Source: a virus
Taxonomy: Duplodnaviria > Caudoviricetes
Virus record (IMG/VR): IMGVR_UViG_3300037524_000937
Location: 1 to 38,376 of that record
Length of the DNA stretch: 38,376 nt
Strand: one strand, 5' to 3'
Part shown: piece by piece, positions 26,495-34,551 of the stretch
Numbering within the stretch: the first letter of the stretch is position 1
How the letters are laid out: each line of letters opens with the position of its first letter
The notes under the pieces: generated by a model
What the model saw: the letters and a program-made list of their open reading frames with translations, nothing else
What the model was told of the DNA's origin: nothing
The model's database searches: none
Program-made: the position numbers and the translations under genes

Positions 26495-26783
26495 CAGTCC
26501 CTACGAAAGAAACCCGCGTGAGGAGTCCGGCGTGAGCATCACGAGAGATCGCTTCAAAACGGCCCGCGAGGGGGCATCCTATGTGGTGTACCGCCAGCAC
26601 GTGATCGGGGGGCGCGTGGCGGTGGCCGTGGACGGCGATCGCATCCGATGTCTGGACGCGATGAGCGCGCAGGCGCGCCGCCTCCTTTCGAGCTGCCCGC
26701 AGTCGATCGCCGGCGTCTACGACGCGACGGTGAAGCGCGAGCAGATCGTCGAGGATCTTCTGGTCGTTCTCTCGCACGACTAG
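26484..26783 (+). CDS. Hypothetical protein
   Basis: ORF between cro and the replicase. Start uncertain. Confidence 0.55.
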   Translation: MVSDSPYERNPREESGVSITRDRFKTAREGASYVVYRQHVIGGRVAVAVDGDRIRCLDAMSAQARRLLSSCPQSIAGVYDATVKREQIVEDLLVVLSHD

Positions 26784-26790
26784 GGCCTCC

Positions 26791-29262
26791 GTGGCGTCAT
26801 TGCTGGAGTTCGCGCTGCGCTACGCAGCGCTCGGGTGGCCTGTCTTCCCCTGCCACGGAAAGCAGCCCGACGGCGCGCTGGCGCCGCAGGGTTTTAAGAA
26901 CGCCACGCGCGAGCCGGAGCGCATTCGCGCCTGGTGGACGAAGCACCCGGACGCGAACATCGGCGTTCCGTGCGGGAAGCCATCCGGCTTCTGGGTGCTG
27001 GACGTGGACCCGCGAAACGGCGGGAGCGCGTCGCTCGAAAACCTGACGGCCACCTACGGCGCGCTGCCCGACACGCTGGTGCAGTCGACCGGAGGCGGCG
27101 GGCAGCACTTTCTCTTTCGCGCCGACCCGGACGTGGTGAAGGGCAAGCTCGGCGCTGGCCTCGACGTGAAGCGCGACGGCGGCTACATCATCGTGGAGCC
27201 GTCGTTCACGACCGGGACGTATGGCTTTCTCGACTGGGACGTGTTCGAGAGCGAGCCGAGGATCGCGGCGGCGCCCGATTGGCTGCTGACGCTCGTCCGC
27301 GCGAAGATCGTTGCGCAGGAGGACAACGGCGCGGAGCCGTGGAACGCGAACCTCCCAAAGCTGCGCACGGCGCTGGCCGCGATCCCGAACCTGCAGAACT
27401 CGAACGACAGCAACTACGACTCTGATTTCATTCCGATCGGCGCGGCGCTATACCACGCTTCCGGCGGGCACCCGGACGCGCTGGCGCTCTGGATCGAGTG
27501 GAGCAAGTCGCACCCACGGTTCGAGGAGGCGCTGTGCCGCAAGAAGTGGGCGAGCTTTGCAAACTTCGGCGGGAAGGCACGCGCGGGGCTGGCGTCGATC
27601 TACTGGCGGGCGCAGCAGCAGGGGTGGCGGTGGAGCAACCGGAAGCCGAAGCAAGCGGCAGATACGGCTTCGGCGGACGGAAAGGGTGACACCGTTGCAT
27701 CCGTAGGGGGTGAAACGGTTGCACCCGTTGCAGATGACCGCCCGCAGGTCCGCGTACGCGAGGGCGAGCTCGACCGGGCGGTGCTCGAGGCAGAGGCGGT
27801 GCTTCGCGAGCGCGCGGTCGACCGGATCTATCAGCGCCTGGCGAGCCTGGTGCGCGTGGTCCGCCGGCCGGTGCCGACGGTGCGGAACTACCGCCGCCCG
27901 CAAGGCGTGCTGGGGCTGCAGACGATCGACACGCACTACCTGGTGCTGGAGCTGACGCGGCTTGCGAAGTGGTATCGGTTCGACAAGCGCGCCGACGACT
28001 GGCGGCGCATCGATTGCCCAGACAAGGTGGCGAACGCGCTCCTCTCGCGCGCGGGCCAGTGGGGCCTGCCGCGCTTGTGGTCGACGATCAGCGCACCGAC
28101 CCTCCGACCCGATGGAACGGTGCTGCAGATCCCCGGCTATGACCGCGCGACGGCGACTTTCTACGATCCGGGCGAGGTGGAGTTCCCGAAGATCCCCGAC
28201 CACCCGACGCGCGCGGATGCTGAGGCCGCGCTCGCGATGCTCCACAAGGTGGTGGAGAATTTCCCGTTCGTAGCCGAGTGGGATCGCTCTGTAGCGCTCG
28301 CGATGATGATGACGAGTGTGGTGCGCAGGGCGCTGCCCTCGTCGCCTCTGGGCGCGTTCTCGGCGCCCGTAGGGGGGTCTGGGAAGACGCTGCTCGCGGA
28401 CTTGATCGCGATTCTCGCCACGGGTGTGACGGCGCCGGCGATGCAGTACGCCGCCACCGACGAGGAGGCGCACAAGACGGCGCTCGCGGTGCTGGCCGAG
28501 GGCGATCCGGTGGTGTTGATCGACAACATCGATCGTCCGCTGCAAGGCGACTGGCTGTGCACGGCGCTGACGAGCGAGATCTTCCGCGGCCGGTTGCTGG
28601 GGCGCTCGGAGACGGTGAGCGTGCCGACGACGACGCTATGGCTCGCCACGGGCAACCAGCTGGTGATTCGGGGTGACCTCACGTTCCGATCGTTGCTTTG
28701 CCGCATCGACCCCAAGATGGAGCGGCCCGACGAGCGCTCGCTCGACGCGGACGTGCTGCGCAGGACCGTGCACGACAACCGGCCCGAGCTGGTGGGTGCG
28801 TGCCTCACGATCATGCGGGCGTTCATCGCCTCGGGCGCTCGGCCCGAGGACAGCGTGAAGCCGTGGGGCCGCTTCGAGCGGTGGTCTGATATGGTAAGGG
28901 CGCCGCTCGTGTGGCTGGGCTGCGCCGATCCGTGCCGCAGCGCCCAGGAGCTTACCGCGGACGATCCGGTGCGGGTCGAGCACGTGGCGGTGATGCAAGC
29001 CTGGCAGAAGGTCTTCGAGCGCGAATCCGTGACCGTGCACGAGCTCGTCGAGACGGTCGATCCGCTAGAGAAGGGCGAATACGTCGAGGCGCTGCGTGCG
29101 GCGCTCGTCGAGGTGGCCGGCGATCGCGGCGGCCACGTGAACGCGAAGCGGCTGGGCTACTGGCTGCGATCGCGCGTCGACCGCAAGGTCGAAGGGCTTC
29201 AGATCGTGCGCAAGGGCGGCGGTCACGGCGGCGTGGTTCGCTGGGCGGTTCTGCCCGCGTAG
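26791..29262 (+). CDS. Bifunctional primase/polymerase (Prim-Pol) + PriCT-like + P-loop helicase-like replicase
   Basis: 'GWPVFPC..KQP', 'NIGVPCG...VLDVD', 'TGGGGQH', 'IGAALYH...W.EWSK', Walker A 'APVGGSGKT', Walker B 'VLIDN'. Confidence 0.9.
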   Translation: MASLLEFALRYAALGWPVFPCHGKQPDGALAPQGFKNATREPERIRAWWTKHPDANIGVPCGKPSGFWVLDVDPRNGGSASLENLTATYGALPDTLVQSTGGGGQHFLFRADPDVVKGKLGAGLDVKRDGGYIIVEPSFTTGTYGFLDWDVFESEPRIAAAPDWLLTLVRAKIVAQEDNGAEPWNANLPKLRTALAAIPNLQNSNDSNYDSDFIPIGAALYHASGGHPDALALWIEWSKSHPRFEEALCRKKWASFANFGGKARAGLASIYWRAQQQGWRWSNRKPKQAADTASADGKGDTVASVGGETVAPVADDRPQVRVREGELDRAVLEAEAVLRERAVDRIYQRLASLVRVVRRPVPTVRNYRRPQGVLGLQTIDTHYLVLELTRLAKWYRFDKRADDWRRIDCPDKVANALLSRAGQWGLPRLWSTISAPTLRPDGTVLQIPGYDRATATFYDPGEVEFPKIPDHPTRADAEAALAMLHKVVENFPFVAEWDRSVALAMMMTSVVRRALPSSPLGAFSAPVGGSGKTLLADLIAILATGVTAPAMQYAATDEEAHKTALAVLAEGDPVVLIDNIDRPLQGDWLCTALTSEIFRGRLLGRSETVSVPTTTLWLATGNQLVIRGDLTFRSLLCRIDPKMERPDERSLDADVLRRTVHDNRPELVGACLTIMRAFIASGARPEDSVKPWGRFERWSDMVRAPLVWLGCADPCRSAQELTADDPVRVEHVAVMQAWQKVFERESVTVHELVETVDPLEKGEYVEALRAALVEVAGDRGGHVNAKRLGYWLRSRVDRKVEGLQIVRKGGGHGGVVRWAVLPA

Positions 29263-29271
29263 TCGCTTCAC

Positions 29272-29502
29272 CCATCATCACGGTGTGCATGGTGATGATG
29301 GTGCCAATTCTCCCAACCCCCCTAGGAAAGTGTCAGAACTAGCCTAATTGGCGATTTTCTTTCGCCAGTCAGTCGCTTGCGCTCGTCCGCGCTACTGTGA
29401 TGGTGTGTTTGCACTTCTTATTCAGAAGAGAAACTGTCAATGAATACACGCTGACACTTTCGTATAGCGGTTGGAACAATGGTCATCATCACCCACATCA
29501 CC
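29272..29502. repeat. Inverted repeats downstream of replicase (putative origin)
   Basis: 29282-29336 is an imperfect inverted copy of 29451-29502. Perfect hairpin CCATCATCAC/GTGATGATGG at 29272-29301. Spacer is AT-richer. Confidence 0.65.
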
Positions 29503-29573
29503 ACCACGTCGGCGCGTGAGCGAGGTTGACGGCTGGGCGTTGCGCGCGTGGTGATCGGCGGCACGACTGCGTG

Positions 29574-29608
29574 GATTCGATATCGAATCGCGCAGTTCGA
29601 TATCGAAC
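29574..29608. promoter_or_regulatory. Tandem perfect palindromes with TTCGATATCGAA core
   Basis: GATTCGATATCGAATC (29574-29589) and GTTCGATATCGAAC (29595-29608). Confidence 0.65.
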
Positions 29609-29734
29609 GCCCAGCAGCGCGTTCGGAGGCTCTCAACTTTTGTTGATAGATCTATTGCCGCCGACGGCGATATGAGAATAATGGGTTGCCATGCGCGTCT
29701 TCTTGCGTCGTGGCTTCCTCCTTGGGTGCGATTC

Positions 29735-29771
29735 GCCCGGACGTGATTCCAATCACCTCCGGGCTTTCTTT
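29735..29771 (+). terminator. Intrinsic terminator upstream of the late operon
   Basis: GCCCGGA-c-GTGATT cc AATCAC-c-TCCGGGC followed by TTTCTTT. Confidence 0.7.
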
Positions 29772-29809
29772 CGCACAGCCTCTGCGCTTTCGAGTCAAGC
29801 CCTTTCGCT

Positions 29810-30172
29810 ATGCCTTCTCGTGCTCCAAGCCCTTGCGCTGGTCGCTGTGGTCGCCTCGTACACGGAGGAGGCAGATGCGAGCAGTGCCTGGCGAAGCAGC
29901 GAAAGGACGTCGACTCACGGCGCGGATCTGCAGCCAGTCGAGGCTACGGCCCACGCTGGCAGCGTGCTCGAGCAGGCTTCCTTCGAGCGCATCCTCTGTG
30001 CGCAGAGCACTATAAGCTCGGCGATCTGGTCGCAGCAACCGACGTCGATCACATCGTCCCTCACAAGGGCGACATGGCGCTCTTCTGGGATAGCTCCAAC
30101 TGGCAGCCGCTGTGCCACGAGTGCCATAGCAGTAAGACCGCAAGAGAAGACGGCGGCTTCGGCCTCGCCTGA
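29810..30172 (+). CDS. HNH endonuclease (terminase-associated, HK97 gp74-like)
   Basis: 'RGYGPRWQRAR...HPLC...VDHIVPHKGD..LFWD..NWQPLCHECHS.KT'. Confidence 0.93.
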   Translation: MPSRAPSPCAGRCGRLVHGGGRCEQCLAKQRKDVDSRRGSAASRGYGPRWQRARAGFLRAHPLCAEHYKLGDLVAATDVDHIVPHKGDMALFWDSSNWQPLCHECHSSKTAREDGGFGLA

Positions 30173-30239
30173 TGCCCACGCGTTTGCATCGCTCAGTCCG
30201 TCGCCGCTCTGCGCTCTTGCTCCTGCCTCGCCCGCCCAA

Positions 30240-30333
30240 CACCCGGGGCCCGGTCAAAAGTTTTTGATCGACCTGCCTAAGACCGTCTCGTCAGCCCTTT
30301 ACGCAACAGCGGGAAATGGCGATGGGGGGGTCT
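30240..30333. other. Probable cos region
   Basis: Non-coding gap between HNH and TerS with CCCGGGGCCCGGTCAAAAGT...GACCG, the usual position of cos in HNH/P27-TerS phages. Exact cut site not determinable. Confidence 0.5.
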
Positions 30334-30870
30334 ATGGCGGGTAGGCCACCTCTGCCGGCGCAGGTTCACCTGCTGCACGGCAACCCTTCGAAGAAGCCGG
30401 AGGCGGAGCTCGCGCAGCCAAACGAGCCGAAAGTCACGATCCCGGATCCGCCCGAGTTCCTCTCTGAACTTGCGCGGGAGGAGTGGAAACGGATCGCGCC
30501 GGAGCTGGAACAGCTCGGATTGATCGCCGAGGTTTACATGGCCTCGCTCGCCGCGTACTGCGTGGCGTTCGCGGACTGGGCGAGGGCGCGGGCCGCGATC
30601 GAGCGCCTGCACGCCGAGGCGCCCGACGAGCTCGGCGGCTACGTGCAGATGACCGCGTCGGGCTATCAGCAGATCACGGCGCGCCTGGTGGTGGCCAACC
30701 AGGCCGAGCAACGGATGCTCAAGTTCGCACAGGAGTTCGGGCTCACGCCGTCGTCGCGAACGCGCGTGACGATGGGCGGGAACCCGCAGCTCGCGCTCTT
30801 CCCAGACCAGGGCGACCCGATGGCGGCGTACACGCGCGCCGCGGCGAGCCTGAAGGGCGCGAAGTCGTGA
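30334..30870 (+). CDS. terS: Terminase small subunit, P27 family
   Basis: 'GRPPLP...LHGNPSK', 'PPEFLSELAREEW', 'EFGLTPSSRTR'. Confidence 0.93.
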   Translation: MAGRPPLPAQVHLLHGNPSKKPEAELAQPNEPKVTIPDPPEFLSELAREEWKRIAPELEQLGLIAEVYMASLAAYCVAFADWARARAAIERLHAEAPDELGGYVQMTASGYQQITARLVVANQAEQRMLKFAQEFGLTPSSRTRVTMGGNPQLALFPDQGDPMAAYTRAAASLKGAKS

Positions 30871-32741
30871 TGGACGCGCCGCAGGCCGCCCACTCGACCG
30901 CCTCGGCGTCCAGGGCAGTGACACGCCGCCGTAGCGTAACAAAGCAGCAGGCCGGAGTAGGAGTCGACGGATCCGGTGCGGGGAAACTCAGCGAGCCGGG
31001 GGGTATGCCCGCCGCGGCGGTGGCAACCCGCGCAATGCGAAACCGAGGCACGGGGACGAACGCGGCGCCGCGCCGCAAGAAGCCCGCAACGGACCCGGCC
31101 ACGCAGTACGCCCGCGACGTCGTGGCCGGACGCATCGTCGCGGGCAAGCCGGTGCGCCTGGCGTGCGCGCGGCACCTGCGCGACCTGAAGGAAGGCAAGG
31201 AGCGCGGCCTGAAGTGGGATCCGGCGCGCGCGGAGCACGTCTTTGGGTTCTTTCGCGCGCTGCGGCTTGCCGACGGCGATCACTCCGGCCAGGCGTTCGA
31301 GCTCGCCGACTGGCAGAAATTCATCGTCGGCAGCCTGTTCGGCTGGATCGGAGCCGACGGCTACCGGCGCTTCCGCACCGCTTACGTCGAGATCGGAAAG
31401 GGCAACGGCAAGACGCCGCTCGCCGCCGGCCTCGGCCTCTACATGCTGATCGGGACGAACACGCCGGGCGCGGAGTGCTACTCGGCCGCGGTGTCGCGCG
31501 ACCAGGCGCAGATCTGTTTCCGCGACGCGGTGCGCTTCCGCCAGGCGTCCGCCGCCCTGGTGAACGCCACCGTCGAGCACGCGGCGAACATCGCCTTCCC
31601 GGCGCTCGGCAGCTTCTTCCGGCCGATCTCGTCGGAGGGCAGGGGCCTTGACGGCAAGCGCGTGTACTACGCCGCCGTCGACGAGCTGCACGAGCACCCG
31701 TCGGCCGTGGTGCTCGACAAGATGCGCGCCGGCACCAAGGGCTGGCCCGACCCGCTGATCCTGATGATCACCAACAGCGGGTACGACCGGCACTCGGTGT
31801 GCTGGCACCAGCACGACTTCTCGCTAAAAGTGCTCGAGCGCGTGCTCGACAACGACAACCACTTCGCCTACGTCTGCCAGCTCGACGAGGGTGACGACTG
31901 GATGAACGACGAGTCGACCTGGCTGAAGGCGAACCCCAACCTCGGCGTCTCCATCCCGCATCGTTACCTCCGCGAGCTCGTGGCCGAGGCGCGCGAGATG
32001 CCGTCGAAGCAGAACATCGTGGCACGGCTCAACTTCTGCGTCTGGACCGAGCAGGCCACGCGCTGGCTGCCGATGGATCGCTGGGACGCCTGCGCCTCGC
32101 CAGTCGTGCCCGAGGAGCTCGCCGGCCGCGAGTGCATCGGCGGGCTCGACCTCGCGAGCGTGAACGACATCGCGTCGTTCGCCCTGGTGTTCCCGCCGGT
32201 GGCCGATAACGAGCCGTGGAAAGCGCTGGTGCGCTTTTTCGTGCCCGAAGAAAACGTTGCCCGACGTGCCCGCAAGGATCGCGTCCCCTACGACCTCTGG
32301 ATCCAGCAGGGCCTGATCGAGGCCACGCCGGGCAACGTGACCGACTACGACGTCATCCGCCACCGCATCCTCGAAGACTGCGAGCGCTTCAGCGTCCGCG
32401 AGATCGCGATCGACCGCTGGAACGCCACGCAGATCTCGACGCAGCTGCAGGAGGAGGGCATCACGGTCGCGCTCTTCGGCCAGGGCTTCGCGAGCATGAG
32501 CGCGCCCGCCAAGGAGCTCGAGCGGCTCGTGACCGGCGGCAACTTCGCGCACGGCGGCAACCTGGTGTTGCGCTGGATGGCCTCGAACTGCGCCATCGCG
32601 CAAGACCCGGCCGGCAACATCAAGCCCGACAAGGCGCGCAGCTCCGAGAAGATCGACGGGGTGGTCGCGGTGGTGATGGCGCTCGGGCGTGCTATTGCGC
32701 TGCGCGAGCCGGAATCGATCCCCGGAATCGAGGTGTTCTGA
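30870..32741 (+). CDS. terL: Terminase large subunit
   Basis: Walker A 'GKGNGKT', Walker B 'VDELHEH', 'KANPNLG', 'GLDLAS', 'KIDGVVA'. Start uncertain (30870 or about 31035). Confidence 0.95.
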   Translation: MDAPQAAHSTASASRAVTRRRSVTKQQAGVGVDGSGAGKLSEPGGMPAAAVATRAMRNRGTGTNAAPRRKKPATDPATQYARDVVAGRIVAGKPVRLACARHLRDLKEGKERGLKWDPARAEHVFGFFRALRLADGDHSGQAFELADWQKFIVGSLFGWIGADGYRRFRTAYVEIGKGNGKTPLAAGLGLYMLIGTNTPGAECYSAAVSRDQAQICFRDAVRFRQASAALVNATVEHAANIAFPALGSFFRPISSEGRGLDGKRVYYAAVDELHEHPSAVVLDKMRAGTKGWPDPLILMITNSGYDRHSVCWHQHDFSLKVLERVLDNDNHFAYVCQLDEGDDWMNDESTWLKANPNLGVSIPHRYLRELVAEAREMPSKQNIVARLNFCVWTEQATRWLPMDRWDACASPVVPEELAGRECIGGLDLASVNDIASFALVFPPVADNEPWKALVRFFVPEENVARRARKDRVPYDLWIQQGLIEATPGNVTDYDVIRHRILEDCERFSVREIAIDRWNATQISTQLQEEGITVALFGQGFASMSAPAKELERLVTGGNFAHGGNLVLRWMASNCAIAQDPAGNIKPDKARSSEKIDGVVAVVMALGRAIALREPESIPGIEVF

Positions 32742-34537
32742 TGGGAATGCTCGACCGCCTCCGCGCCGTGTTCCGCCCGCAAAACTCTTACGGCACGCTC
32801 GAGGAGCGCGCGTTCGCCGACGCCATCCGCTCGCTCAACGCATCGGGCGTCGTCGTCACCGAAGAAACCGCGCTCGCCATCAGCGCCGTCTGGTCGTGCG
32901 TGCGGGTGATCGCCGAGTCGATCGCCATGCTGCCGGTGGACGTGATCGAGAAAACGAACGGCCGCCGCGAGGTGCTGCACGACCACCCGGTCGCGTGGCT
33001 CACGAACTTCACCTCGGACGGCGAGATCGACGCCTACCAGTTCCGCGAGGCCATGCTTTTCCACGCGCTCATGCGGCGCGGCGGATACGCAGAGATCGAA
33101 CGCGACCTCGCGGGGCGTCCGATCGCGATGCATCTGCTCGCTCCGGAGCGCGTCGCCGTGGCCCGGCGCGAGGAAGACGGCGCCCTCGGCTACAACGTGC
33201 AGAACGCGCAGGGCATCACGTGGGTTCCGGCGCGCAACATCTTCCACCTGCGGGGCCCGAGCCCCGACGGGACGGACGCCTATCGCATCGTCGCGCTCGC
33301 GCAGCAAAGCTTCGGCATGGCGAGCGCCATGGAAACCTTCGGCGCCAGCTTCTTCGGAAACGGCGCGCAGCTCGGCACGCGCTACACCACCGACGCCACG
33401 CTGAAGAAGGAGCAGATCGACGCGCTCCGCGAGCAGATCGAAAAGCTCCACGGCGGCGCCGCCAAGGCGTTCAAGGCCGCGATCCTGCACTCTGGGCTCA
33501 AGGTCATGGAAACGACCATGCCGCTGCGCGACGCGCAGTTCCTCGAGGCGCGCCGCTTCCAGGTGCTTGAGGTGGCGCGCTGGTTCCGCGTCCCGCCGCA
33601 CCTCCTCGCCGAGCTCGACCGCGCCACGCACGCCAACGTCGAGCAGGAGCAACTCGCCTTCGTCGCGCACTGCCTGCAGCCGTGGGCGCGGCGGTTCGAG
33701 GCCGAAGCGAACCTGAAGCTCTTCGGGCGCAACCAGCAGGGCCGCCAGGTGGTCAAGCTGAACCTCTCGGCGCTGCTGCGCGGCGACATCAAGAGCCGGT
33801 TCGAGGCGTACCAGATCGCGCGCCGCAATGGCTGGCTCAACGCCAACGAGATCCGCACCCTCGAGGACATGAACCCCATCGGCGACGAGGGCGAGGTCTA
33901 CATCGTCGAAGCGAACATGACGACCATCGAGCGGATCGAAGAGCCGCCCGAGCCGCCGCCGTCCCTGCCCGCGCGCACGAGCGCAGCAGGCGGTGAAGAC
34001 GAAGGCGAAGACGGCGGCGAGGACGGAGAAGACGGCGCCGAGGATGCCGCCGGGGCGGGCGCCACCGCCCGGGCATGGGGCCGAGCGCTCGCGCAGTTCA
34101 AGCCCGTGCTCAACGTGGTGTCGCAGCCCGCGACCACCATCGTCGAGAGTCCGACCGTGCACGCGCACATCAGCCTGCCCGAGCGCGAAGTCCACATCGC
34201 TGCGCCAGAAGTGAAAATCGAATCGCCGGTGACGGTGACGGTGCCCGAGCGCTCAGTCGTGGTCGACCACCACGCGGGCGACGTGCACGTCGCCTCCCCC
34301 GAGGTGCGGGTCGAATCTCCGGTGACCGTGACCGTTCCCGAGCGCGAAGTGACCGTCGAGTCGCCGGTGACGGTGCAGGTGCCGGAGCGCGAAGTGACCA
34401 TGCACCACCACGCTGGGGACGTCCTGGTGCAGGTGCCGGAAGAGAGCGACGTGGAGCAGCGCGTGCTCTACAACAAGGACGGCGACATCAGCCGCGTGAT
34501 CAAGTCGCGCGTGCGCAAGAAGCGGGCCGATAAGTAG
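32741..34537 (+). CDS. Portal protein (HK97 family) with long repeat-containing C-terminal extension
   Basis: 'AVWSCVRVIAESIAMLP', 'IFHLRG', 'QFLEARRF', 'ALLRGD', 'NEIRTLED', then about 200 extra residues. Confidence 0.93.
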   Translation: MGMLDRLRAVFRPQNSYGTLEERAFADAIRSLNASGVVVTEETALAISAVWSCVRVIAESIAMLPVDVIEKTNGRREVLHDHPVAWLTNFTSDGEIDAYQFREAMLFHALMRRGGYAEIERDLAGRPIAMHLLAPERVAVARREEDGALGYNVQNAQGITWVPARNIFHLRGPSPDGTDAYRIVALAQQSFGMASAMETFGASFFGNGAQLGTRYTTDATLKKEQIDALREQIEKLHGGAAKAFKAAILHSGLKVMETTMPLRDAQFLEARRFQVLEVARWFRVPPHLLAELDRATHANVEQEQLAFVAHCLQPWARRFEAEANLKLFGRNQQGRQVVKLNLSALLRGDIKSRFEAYQIARRNGWLNANEIRTLEDMNPIGDEGEVYIVEANMTTIERIEEPPEPPPSLPARTSAAGGEDEGEDGGEDGEDGAEDAAGAGATARAWGRALAQFKPVLNVVSQPATTIVESPTVHAHISLPEREVHIAAPEVKIESPVTVTVPERSVVVDHHAGDVHVASPEVRVESPVTVTVPEREVTVESPVTVQVPEREVTMHHHAGDVLVQVPEESDVEQRVLYNKDGDISRVIKSRVRKKRADK

Positions 34538-34551
34538 AAGGCCGCGCGCAG

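Noticed and set aside
29810-30172. Mobile homing endonuclease
   Set aside because: Size, motifs and position before TerS match the packaging-associated HNH.
30483-30869. Upstream extensions in the ORF track for TerL and also portal (32216), head closure (8859), chaperone (10435), GNAT (14197), fibre (18291) and methyltransferase (36263)
   Set aside because: They overlap the preceding genes. Downstream ATGs coupled to the previous stop fit better.
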